Of a DNA stretch of 64,000 nt, positions 44,958 to 57,364 are shown one piece after another. Source of the DNA: Vairimorpha necatrix (lineage: Eukaryota). Below the pieces are notes generated by a model. It was given only the letters and a program-made list of their open reading frames with translations. It made no database searches and was not told the DNA's origin. The stretch is from positions 682,001 to 746,000 of the forward strand of contig CP142731.1 in assembly GCA_036630325.1 (NCBI GenBank), written 5' to 3'. The translations under genes and the position numbers were made by a program. Position 1 is the stretch's first letter; each line of letters starts with the position of its first letter.

Positions 44958-47900
44958 TGTGGTATTAACCACATGATATAAATAAAAATAATTCGTTTAA
45001 GGGCAAGTATTTTAGAAAGAATGAACAACAACAAAAATAACAATAAATATATTAACAACAATAAAAATTATATCAAACAAAACAATAAAACTAAAACAAA
45101 TTTAGTAGAGAGTTTTCTCAGTACGGAGAAGGTCATACTGAGAAATACCAAATTGAATTCAAAAAGAAAATCTCAGGAGAAACAATCTACATATGAGATA
45201 CATCAAGATAGATATTGTGAATTTGAATATACGATTAAAGGCACTAATGTTAATATTAAAGAAAAAATTTACAAAATAAAAAATATAAAAAAAGAATGTA
45301 ACTTTCAGCATTTGGAAAAATTCGAAAAAATTGCAAAAAGCAATAGTTGGACAGACCAACAGATGGCCTTAGAATATAAATGTCTACTTGACGATGATAC
45401 AAAACATTATTTATTCGATGAAAATTATATAAAATTGAGAAAGGAATTAATTGAAATCATCTACCCGAAATATGAAATAAAATTATTATGTAAAAGATTG
45501 GAAACCATCAAACAGGAAAATTTTGTAACCATTGAAGAATATTACAATGAAATTTTTCAAAAGATTACCAGTTTAAGTAACGTTAACAATTATAGTAGTA
45601 AAGAGGGGGAAAGAAAAATGAATGAGATCTTCGAAAAAGGATTTGGGCAATATATTAGCTTAGAATTGCAGAAACAGAATTTAGAAGGAGAACCATTAAA
45701 AAATATTATAGGGTATTTAAAAAAATAGAAGAAGGAATCTTAATCCAAACCGAGATAAAGAATCTAAAAATTTATGAAAACCCGAGGGAAGGTAATCACA
45801 AAAATGTATATAATGAAGGAAATATCAATTATAACAAGTGGTGTTCGATACATAAATCTCGATCACACAGCACTCGAGAATATTTTTTAAATCTTAAACA
45901 AAATATTAAAAATAACAGAGAGGATAATAGTAAACAAAAATATAATGAAACAAGAAATCTTATTATTAACGAAGAAAAATATAAAACCTTAGAGAATATT
46001 GGGATTGAAGGAGAGTTCGAGAACAACAAAATCGATTTAATTATTGATACTGGTTCGAATTACAATTACGTCAATGAAGAAAGTGTTAATAAATATAAAT
46101 TAACAGTTGAAGAAACTAAACCATACTATTAACATTCAGGGGAGGAAAGAACGAAACTAGCAAAAAGAAAATTACACTTAATGTTAAAATTGCAAAAGGT
46201 CATTTTTTAGTAGATTTTTATGTTCTTCAAGAATTGCCCGTACTTTTTATTTTAGGTAATGAATTTTTAGTGAATAATAGTTGCATGATCAATTATAAAA
46301 AAAGAATAGTGAGTATTAATGAGGATAACATAGTAGCAATGAAGGGAAGTGAAAGAACTACAGAAGAGCTATTGAATGATTAACTTAGTGAAAAGGTTTG
46401 TCTGTCAATTATTCGGAATTATCCGGAGTTAAATAAAGTCTTAAAGTTTTACATAACCTAAAATTGTAAATTCTCAAGTATAAAAGCACCATGTGCAAAT
46501 TTTTTCATCAAGAATAATATTAAAGTAATACAATCTAAAGGATATCCTGTACCTGATAAATATGTACAACAAATTCGTGAAGAAATAAACAGATTACTTG
46601 GGGAAGGTATAATCGAGAAAAGTAATTCGATATTTGCTAGATCGGAATTCTTTATAAAAAAGAAAAATAATGACTTACGACTAGTTGTAGATGATAAAAA
46701 GATAAATGAATTTTTTGGAAGATGATCCTTTTTTTCCCTTGCAAGTAAGAGGTGGGGCGAAACCTTACATAGGAACCAGAGGGATTTGGGTGTGATCCTC
46801 ATCCAACTGGTACTGTGAGATCTTACTCACTAAAACTCCCTCCATACAACTTGCCGGTGCAGCGAGCTCCGCCGTATCCATTGAACTTTGGCTCCAGGAG
46901 AACACTTTCCATTCATATCTCAAATCGCGTCCAGAGTGACCTCACAGCGAATATACTTAACGGTCATGGTTATTTATAACCCGAGGAGAGACATCATCGT
47001 ACTGACTCAAAGTCCCTACAATCATTAGTATTGCACACACGGCTCCTTACACGACCACATCACCAGCCCGGCGTTTTTATTGGGCTGCGTTGACCACCAG
47101 TCTCCACTAGTTTCGGCCGCCGTGTTACAGAATCATGTAGAATAGGGTCCAAGAGACCTTCTATTGCCCTACTTCGTTTAGTCTCTTAGTTAGCTCTAGT
47201 ACCCCACTCTAGAGTGCACCAGTCATGGGCTCCAACTAGGCCGTACCCATTAGATACTTTATGTATATTAAAGCAATACAAGGGTGATACTGTTTTTTGG
47301 TTTTGAGGTGCGTTTCTACACTAGATGCCAATCCCATTGTGGCTGAACACACACAACTTTCATTGAATCAACTTAATAATTATCGTGGACATTTTCATTA
47401 TCTGAGTTGTTCCAACTGCATCATAGAAAGTAGAAAGAATTTTGGTGCCCCTGGGAATCGAACCCAGCCATTACTCAATGGAAGCATTGCATTCTACCAC
47501 CGTGCTAAGGGCACCTGAAGACGATCCTTACGTGATGCCTAAAATAGATGAATGTTTATTTGAAATGGGGAAAATTCAATATTTTTCGCAGTTGGACCTA
47601 CAAAACGGCTTCAACCAAATAAAAATTGAAGAACCGAGTCAAAAATACACCGCTTTTAAGTTACTAGGACAGCAATATGTTTACAAAAGAAATCCCTTCG
47701 GTATTAAGCCCGGACTTAAATTATTTCAACGATATATTTCAACCATACTTTCAGAGATACCAAATTTATTCGTATACATTGATGATATTGTTATATTTAG
47801 CAATACAAAAGAAGAACATCATAAATATTGCTTAGAACATTACAAAAAAGTGAAGTCAAAATAAATTTTAAAAAGTCAAAGTTTTTTGTTCAAGAAATAG

Positions 47901-49828
47901 ACGTATTAGGATTTAAGGTAAACGAAAATGGAATATTTCCTAATACTAATTGTCTCGACAATAAAATCTTCAGTCAAGAAATAAGAACTAAAAGAGATAA
48001 CAAAGGTTGATAGGAATAATAAATTGGTTTCGCAGATTTATTCCAAGCCTGTCTACAAGAGTAAAGGATATTACCAACTTATTAAAAAACGATAAAAAAA
48101 TTGTTTTCTCAACACAAGTGAAAGAAATAATTGAAAAAATAAAAAATGAGATTAAAACAAATGCAAAAATTGAATACCTGATTATTAATAAAAGTTAATA
48201 TCAGAGACAGATGCTTCTGACACAGGAATTGGAAGCGTGTTGAGTGGGGAAGAAAGAGTTATAAGTTATTACTCGAAAAGGCTTCATGCCGCAGAATTGA
48301 ACTATAGTATAGTAGAAAAGGAATATTTTGCTATGCAACTGTCCATGATTCATTTTAAGAAAATAATACAAGGGAATTACGTAGAAATATACACCGATAG
48401 TCATAACTGTACATTTGATAACAAGAGTTCTGCATCAAGAATAAACAGATGGAAACTCTAATGAACGAATACAATTATTAAACATACCACATAAAAGGAG
48501 AAAGAAATGTTGTTGCAAATGTTTTATCCAGATGTTTATATTCAAGTATAGATGATATAAAAATAATATGAGCAAGAAGTAAATAATGCTAGACTTTAAA
48601 GTTGACAATAAAATACAATTTGACAACAAAGGAAAGATAATTATAGACAATACAAATCCGAAGAATTTTTAAAAACAATACATGAGTTGGGAGGACATAG
48701 AGGAATTACCTGTATGTATTATAATATATAGAATTATTTATATATAAAAAACATTGTTAAGAAAATACATCAAGTTGTTAAAAATTGCACAACATGTACT
48801 AGAGTAAAGATAAAAAATTATAAAACTGACAAAAACAATAACATCGAAAGTAGGAAAGCAATAGAACGGATTTCAACAGACATATATGGTCCATTTAATG
48901 TTAAAGATTATAAGTCGGATTTTTAGGAGAGACAGGATACATATTGTCCATAACAGACTTATATACGAGATGTACGAATTTATACGTGTTTGAAAAGGTT
49001 AATACGAGGAAAGTCATTAGAGCTATTGATGAATGGATTGAAAGATTTGAAAGCCCAAAGTACATTATATCCGATAATGGCAAACAGTACGACAACCAAG
49101 AATTAAGAAACTACCTTATGAATAAAAAAATAAAGCAAATATTAGTACCTGAATACACGCCATCATCAAACGGCATTTCAGAAAGATTAAATAAATACAT
49201 ATCGTTTTCGCTAACTATAAACAAAGGAAAGAGTTTAAAACAAGTAGTGAATAAAACTGAGAATAATATTAATGCCAATTATAACAGGACAATAAAAGCT
49301 TCTCCAGTAGCCTTAGCCAAAGGATATGATTTCTATGACGTCCTAGGAATATATGAACCAAGAAAAATAATATATAAAAAGAAAAAATTAAAAAAAAAAA
49401 TTAATGTTGGAGTCTTGGTATATAAGCGAAATTTAAGAGCCCGAAAATTGAACCCACAATTAAACCGCAAATACAAAAAGTGATTAAAGTCGGAGCAAAG
49501 GGATTTTGGATCAAACTATCAGATGATTATGGATGGACTCACGTCAAAAATGTTAAGCTGGTTAGGAAGGGTAGTATAGGTATTAACCACATGAGATTAT
49601 TGACATGTTGAAATGTCAATAATCTCAACGATTTTTCTAGAAATTATTTTTGTATAAATAAAAATAATTCGTTTAGGGGCAAGTATTTTAGAAAAAATGA
49701 AAAACAACAGTACGAAAAATAAATGTATTAACAGTAATCACAAATATATTAAACACAATAATAAAACTATACCATGTATAGTAGAGAGTTTTCTCAGTAC
49801 GGGGAAGGTCCCATTGAGTAATACCACA
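44958..49828 (+). mobile_element. Decayed Ty3/gypsy LTR retrotransposon with a SINE insertion
   Basis: Diverged LTRs ~44958-45152 and ~49575-49828 (TGTGGTATTA...TAATACCACA); PPT AGGAAGGG; flanks CTTTT/CTTTG; fragments of Gag (45021), protease IDTGS (~46040), RT YIDD, RNase H TDAS, integrase SDNG/SNGISER; many frameshifts. Confidence 0.88.
46731..47516 (-). mobile_element. tRNA-headed SINE (~785 bp) with a LINE B-related 3' tail
   Basis: 13-bp TSD GAAGA(T/C)GATCCTT (46718-46730, 47517-47529); tRNA-like head 47443-47515 with A box TAGCACGGTGG and B box GGTTCGATTCC; short A-tail; 46810-46905 matches 42265-42356. Confidence 0.88.
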
Positions 49829-50791
49829 CTTTGATTATCAATGGTGAGAAAATAACGTCCTTTCCGTCAATTTCAAATTTCAAATCTTTCACATAGTCTT
49901 CTTTTTTAATATTTCCTTACATATACCTCTTACAACACTACTATATCTAATAATCTTATTTCGTTCTTTCAGCGGAATGTCTTTGTAGCTTAAAACGAAA
50001 ACATACTGTCATGCGGTAAACCTACGCTGACCATCAGAATTCCCAGTCATAATGAATTCTGCATTTGTTTAACACAAATGAGATAGTTGACACTTCAAGT
50101 AATTTAAACAATTATGTTACAAATATGCCTTCTACACATATTTGTACAACTTTTGTTCTATATTTATTTCCCGCCCAAAAAGGTACATTTTGAGGGGAAA
50201 AGTTTACAAAAAGTTGTTAAACAATTTGCCCTTAGAAGGGGACATTGAGTAATAAACAGTTAATTAAAAAACACCTTCTTCTAAAAAGCCCACTATTCCT
50301 TGTCTCGAGACTAACTCGACAACAAATGGGCTTCGGTATCTAGTAGTACTTTCATATTTTTATTAAATAAGCGGATTTGGACAAAAAATGAATTATGACT
50401 ATCTTGTATGTGATGCAAATAAAATATTCCCTTTATTAGTAGTAGACTCTTTGTCCATTTTACAGTTCTTTAGCGATTTATATATTTTTGATAATATTAT
50501 TTCTTCTCTAGTAAATATTATTGTTAATGCTTTGCACTCTCAGGTGGAATGATGACATTCCCCGTTTAATGTACAACGTTTATTGTTATATCTTGGAGGT
50601 TTCTCATAGGGAGTCTTTTTTTTGAATCCTCCCTCATAGTTATCAGTGCTGGGACCTTTGATCATGTTGTCATGCGGCTTAGTCTTCGCTAACATTTTAT
50701 CGGGATACGGAATCCACGATATGTCCTCTACCTTTTGAATTAATTCTTGCAAAGTCTGAACTGTAGTGGCAGTCTAGTATAGGAAGAGACT

Positions 50792-51972
50792 GGCGCTACT
50801 AGGAAAATCGCCCCCCCCAAAAAAAAAAAATTATTTAAAAATTATGGAATTTTTATTAGATAACTATGCATTTTTGTAAAAGTAGAGCAAATGCATGAGG
50901 AATTGAATATTTTTTTTATATTGGCAATGTCTCTTACGCCAAGAAAATTCTTCTAAAAATTTAATGATACGGTCATGATTTAATCCACTTCTTTTTCTAT
51001 AATCGTGTTTTAAGTGGGACCATAAATTTTCAATCTGATTTGTATGTCCTCTCTCGTTGTTTACAAACCATATGCTATGATTTACTATCTCATGCTCAGA
51101 TCCAAAATTGGCCACTGCTCGGGGGTATGATGGGTATCCATCTGTAACAATAATAGTTCAAGAAAGTAAATGTTTTTTAAACGCTTCTATTAAAGTTTCA
51201 TGCTTTCTGTTAGGAATTAATGAAACAAAAAAATTAGTTCCATTACCTTCTACAACTCCTCCAAGTATCCAATGTATATTAGGAGTATCGTCGTGTAGAG
51301 ATGGCGGAATTTCAATCACTAAGCCATTGCATATTGCAGTTTTATCGACTTGTACCCTTGTGTTTTCTCCTCCTATCTGTTCTATATTGGAAGGAGTCTC
51401 GCTTATAATGTCAATTAGAATGTTTTTAAATTCAATGTACGTGGACTCGGCTATTTTACAAAAATTGATAGCTTGATGTTTTGAGTAAGAAAAGATCCAA
51501 CAATATAAACACCTCAGAATCTTTTTGAATTCGATAGTTAATTTATTAAATTTTGTGCTTTTTTTTCAAACTACATTTTCTTTTGCACTTTTGATGATAC
51601 ATCTGTACCCCTCATCTATAAGGGAAGAAACTCTAGCGATAGACATGTTTTCATGGCATGACTTTGAGACACATGAAATGATAGGCTTAGTTACACCCAA
51701 GTCTAACAAAAGTGTAATTGCGAGATCATTATCTTGAAATATAAGATTTCAAGGATCAAGTTCTCCTACCTTTTCCAATATTCTTGCTAGCATAGGGGTA
51801 TGAAAAATGTGAAAGAAAAGCCGAAAGGGGCCATAGCTTGGAAAATCGCCCATCCCCCCCTAGAAAAAAAAATATCCAAGAAAGGCGAAAATCGAGAGAT
51901 TTTTTGATTTTAAAGAAGTGATGTTTTTTTTTTGATACGCCTTTGAGGAGGGGGGATTTTCGTAGTAGCGCC
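50792..51972 (-). mobile_element. Second Merlin-family transposon, decayed
   Basis: TIRs GGCGCTACTA(G/C)GAAAATC...CCCC; transposase fragments GGENTRVQVD, WILGGV, IVTDGYPSY, VNHSIWFV...HTNQIENLWS; no matching TSD seen. Confidence 0.8.
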
Positions 51973-52546
51973 AACTTCATCATATTACTCATGAATTCAG
52001 AGACTTTCGTAAATTAGATTGATCCGTATCCTCATATATACATAATATTTGCATCTTTCGCATTAAAAGTTTTTAAATTCTCGGCCTTTTTTATGTTATA
52101 ATTTCAGGTTGCCGTATATGGGTTTTTTTTCGAAGGCTTTACAACCCTTTACCATCCTGCTTCTTTGTATAATTACATAAAACTTTCGAAAGTTGCCTGC
52201 AATTGAAAGAGTTAATTTGTTTACTTTTCATTAAAAAACTATTTCGAAATTTTTGTGATCTTTCCTTATTACTAAAGGTTGACAAATTTGCCATTTAATT
52301 AGCCATAAAATTTCAACCCAGAGAAGTCTTATTTACAACTTTTAGGTGCTAATAAAAACCAATTTATTTGGCAGCCTTTCTCGGAATATATCAATTATTT
52401 TATTTTATTTTTTTTCATCCTTTTTTTGGAAATGCTTTTAGATACTTTTTGTAGTCATTCAATCCGTCCATTGGTGCCGGAGTTGGAGTTGTGGGGCCCC
52501 CAAAAGTCGAATTTTACGACTTTTTAATGGGAATTTTTATACTAGT

Positions 52547-52836
52547 AAGAGATCCATCCATAGCCAAATGGTAAAAAATTTAATTCTAAAAAAGGAAACC
52601 TTTAATATAATGACCCTTTAAATTTCCTTGTAAATTGCAACTCGAAAGCAGTCATACTTATGTTGGCATTGTTTTCACGCAATTTTTGCAATCCTTTTAA
52701 TTTTTCTTTTAGCGATTAAGATTTTTTTTCATATGAAAATTTTCAAAAAAATCTAAAAGAAAATTCAATATTTTATATCAATAGAAAAGATCCACCCACA
52801 GAAGAGATCCATGGTCTTTTCTATGGGTGGATCTCT
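52547..52836. mobile_element. Candidate MITE (290 bp)
   Basis: 16-bp TIR AGAGATCCA(T/C)CCATAG flanked by TA on both sides; extra TIR-like copies at 52788-52811. Confidence 0.55.
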
Positions 52837-53699
52837 TAACCCCGAAACCCTAGTAAGAACATGATTGGTCAGTGTTTGATCGGCTATGATAGAAAAATTT
52901 CACAAAAAAATAGACATTAATATTTTATATTATATCTCTATATTTAATATCTTCTTAACATTTATCTAAGGCCATTAGGAATATGTTTTAATTTATGATT
53001 TAAGCAATAATTAATACCATTTCTTTAAAAATGTAGCCCTGCTTCGGATTAGTGTTTTTAAATTTTTTATAAAATATTGTCTTAATTACAATTATTCACT
53101 TCTAAAAAATAATGTTCAATTATGTAATTGCTTTGAAATTTCGGATTTTTACAAGGAAATAAATAATTATATAAGATCTTGGTATTGGATTTGACAGTAA
53201 AGATTACAATATCTTGACATTCTGTCTTACAGCAATTTGCTTATAGTTGTAGTCGGCCCTCGGAACTCAAAGTAAAAAACTTGATTTTTACTAAAGGTAA
53301 TTGTTTACAATAGACAATATTAAACGACAACGTCGGAGTGTTATTAAGGAAAATGCATACTTTAGATAGGTCATAAATAAAAAGTCTGCCCGAGAGATTT
53401 CCAAGAAAAAGCTTATTTAAGAGGGGTAAAACAATTTATCAAAAAATATCGTTGATATTTATTTGTAATTTTTGTGTTAAATATTTTTAAAATGTTATGT
53501 TACGATATAAAAACACATATTATGAAAGACAAGAAGTTTTTGTTTTTTAACAGATAATTTTCGATCTAGCAAGGTTGGTGAGACAATAAATAATTGCTTT
53601 TAAGCACAAAAAAAAGAAAATATTACCATTTAAAAAAATAATTAATGAAACTATAGACTCATGGTAGAATTTGAAAAATGTCTATATAAATCATTATGG

Positions 53700-54650
53700 A
53701 CTTTTAACATAACGAGCAAGATTTAAATATTGATGCACGTAATAATGAGCAAGCGTGGGGGACAGATTGTTTTCAATATACAAATAAAAGTCTCCGGGCA
53801 CTTAAATTGATATTTAGAGAGTTTTGCATAGTTGTAATATATGTCAATCAAAGAGAAATCTCGTAATTAGACAGTTATTTGCCAAATTAAAGTATATTAT
53901 CTATGGGAAATATATGTTGCAGACTTGATCGATCTCCGACTATGCCACAACTCAAGAAAAGGAATAAAATGGGGGGTTTGAATATTGTGGATTCATTTAC
54001 CAAATTTTATTGTTAGATGTCACTGTGTGATAAAACAGGTATTAATGTGTAGAATGCCTCTAAACTTTATTTGGAACGGTTAATTATTTGTTAAATAATT
54101 CAATTACAAAGAAACGGTCTTTTATATTTAGTACTCACCAATTTCAGCCGGAAATATAAAATAAAACAATTAAGAGCGGAACCATATGTTAATGAACACA
54201 AGGACAGATAAAATGATGCAACCAAACACTAGAAAAGATGATTTTAAGATTTCTGGAACAAAATAAAAATATTTGAAGAAGCAATGCAGTGTATTGAAAG
54301 AATCCCCTGTTTATATAGCTATCTGAGACACTCTATTACTGGAAAACAGCCAACTCTAATATGTTTGATAGTTATTAGAAAACAATGGATGATTCTAGAA
54401 ACACTGGTATTCTAGATTTGATTATGAATGAAAATGATGAACGAGAATGTGATTACAAAGAATAATCGACATTGTAGATGCAAATAATTTGAAAGAATAA
54501 AACACTTACAAGCTTTTGAAACCAAAACTATTTTTGTATGAAATTTATCATGATGCAATTAGAATTCATACACAAACTGCAGCAGATAGAATGATAAAAA
54601 GAAGATGCGAGGAAATGGTTCAATAGATTTTAAAATAAAAAATTAAGTCT
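53700..54650 (+). pseudogene. Highly decayed Ginger-like integrase/transposase relic; boundaries approximate
   Basis: Translatable fragments SCNICQS, LWEIYVADLIDLR and NIVDSFTKF are collinear with the motifs of 10990-11787. Confidence 0.55.
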
Positions 54651-57364
54651 TTATATAACCTTATTTGGCAACGACATAAATATCAGATAACAATTTCATA
54701 TGAACATTTAATAAAGAAGTCGATATTGTAAAAGACATAACACAATTCAACAAAATCAAATTCTACAAAGATGATAAAAATACAATTATTATATAAGAAA
54801 TACGCACCAAATATCTAAAATTGAATGGTAATAAATAAAGTATTAAAAAATTATAGATTTTTTCTCCTTTTTTCCTGATTTCCCCAAAATATTTAAATAT
54901 AACAAAAATATACCCGCAAGAAAGAGATCAAATATTGGCTTTATATAAACGACCCATCTTTTTTGTTTTTATTTTTGTTAGACTCTCGACAAGGAGTTTT
55001 TACTTTTTTTTTTGCCTCTTGAAATTGCTTCTAACGGGGATTTTCTCCAGACTGTGACAAAAATTATTTTGCCGTATTCGTAAAAAAATATCGACGGATT
55101 TTCAAGAAATCAAATGTTTTAATTTTTTTTTACTCAATGCCATTTTTAAAGAAAAACATCAAAAAGTTATAATACCATCAAATTACACAAAGACCTTCTT
55201 GGGCAGACGACAAAAGTATATACACGAGCTTATTAGCGAATCACATTAAGACAAGTAAAAACCAGCGAATCGTGCCAATTGCATCACGTAAAAGAGACAA
55301 TCTTTTTCCGCAGACGCTGTCTTCAGCTACACCTTGTAATATCACTTAACTAAATAATAGCCCCGTTAATATCTAGTACATCATTCATTGACTTATTGCG
55401 TAGTATTACATACTCAATTTGTTGTCATTTGTTTTAGTCTTGATTTTTTTATTGATTTGCTAATAAAAAAGTGTTTTGTATGTTTTCTGAGAAATGATAA
55501 ATATTGTAAAAAACAACCACAAACGCTTTAAAATATTGCTAGACAAGGTTTAAGCATACTTTGTTTTACAATAAACCTCAACAATATTTATTGCAGCGCA
55601 AAAATAATGTAACAAAATTATAAAAATATCATCCCTTTGGGATGAGTTTTTATACGTCTCTTTCGTTCATATCGATTTGATATCATCAGTGATTTTTTTT
55701 TAAAATAATGAATCAAATACTTCATATATTATATGTATTGTCAAAACTATTTTTATGTTTACTTGTTGTGTACACTTTCATCATATCAATTTTTTACATT
55801 CTTATTACTATTGCATTGCAAAAAACAACAGGTACTAAGAATTGTATGTTTTTGTTTTCATTTTGCTTCAAATGCTTATACAATTTGTCATTCCTTTTTT
55901 TACACATGTTCGAATCTGTAAAGAATACTAATTAGACATGCTTTGTATAAGTATTCTGTATTTCAACACATAATATTTACAATAGTTTTTCTTTCTATGT
56001 TAAATTATACATATCTTTTTTTAACATGATTTTTACAAAGATTTCTAAGAAGTCATGTCGATATTAACCTTACAGTAGTATCATATGTTATAAATGATTT
56101 TATCTAATTAGTTTCTTATATGCCAATAAATATCACTGTAGTGCAAAATATTAATAAAATTTTTTTCAGAATTAAAAGATCGTAGGCTATAAAACTTTTT
56201 TAAATAAACTTCACTGTAGTTAGACAAAGACAGCTGTATGTGCTAAGTTGTATATTTATGTTCACATTTTACTGAAAAACTGTATATATGAATTTTTGAA
56301 ATTCGCAATAATCTAACGATTTTATTTGTTTCTTTGTTTTTATCATAATACCTAAAACATGTTCCTTACTATGTCTGTTTAGCACTTTTAGTCCGCACAA
56401 AGTTTTATTTGTGTTGTCTTACTCCGAGAATAGCAAAACTTGACTCCAATTTTTATCTTTGCAGATCAAAAAAAGGTTTATTTTGCAGAGTTAAAACTAG
56501 TATTAATTTTTACGTAGTGTATTAAAATATTAACATTCTCACGCATAATGCATGTATATTTAACTCTTAATTTTGGCTCATATGTAAATAAATCTTTCCG
56601 GCTTCAACGGCAAATCAACATAGTATATATTGTACTAACACATCCACTGACATACCTTGTTCATTTGAACTCGCTGAATCTAGTATTATTAACTCATCTG
56701 TATCACCAGAAACATTGTTTTAATAATGCTTCTTATACATTAAGATTTTCTTTGTAATAGCAAAAACGAAAAGACAAAAGCCTTAAAATTGACAACATCC
56801 CGACAATTGCATATATTCTTGCCTTGATTTCTTTACAAACAGATGAAAAACTACTAGATACAGCAGGATAAACGAAAAAAAAACAAATGATACCTGCATA
56901 TAAAATAAAAGCATTTTATAATGGTCTACGCCTTTTAGACCCTTTTGATTGTTGTTTTAATTATAAATTCTATCAAAATATTGATTTAACAGTAACATAA
57001 ATATATATTTAGACGCGTTGTATTTCTCGCTCTAAAGAAGCTATGATATTTGAATACACTTTACACTCTGAATAGAAAGTTTTCAGTGCTAATGTTAATA
57101 AATTCGATTTTTATGTTCAAAATTTTGTTATATATTCATTTAGCGGGCAAAGCAAAGCAGTCAATTTTTTTTAAATATTTCCGTTATAGTCGAATTACAT
57201 ACATCAACAGATTTAAAATACAATATTTATAAATTTAAACTCTTTTAAGAGTCTTAAATTAAAAGCATTATGAATAATTAAAGTTCAAAGATGTCATCGA
57301 GGGGTTTATGAATAATTTTAAATTTATCACATAATTAAAAAAATTTACAAAAAGGAATACAACT

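Noticed and set aside
47443-47515. Functional tRNA gene
   Set aside because: Anticodon arm does not pair canonically and the sequence lies at the head of a TSD-flanked insertion; treated as a SINE head.
49834-50790. Possible further gag/LTR fragments, including ORF 50540-50752
   Set aside because: Too decayed to assign; no termini or clear motif.
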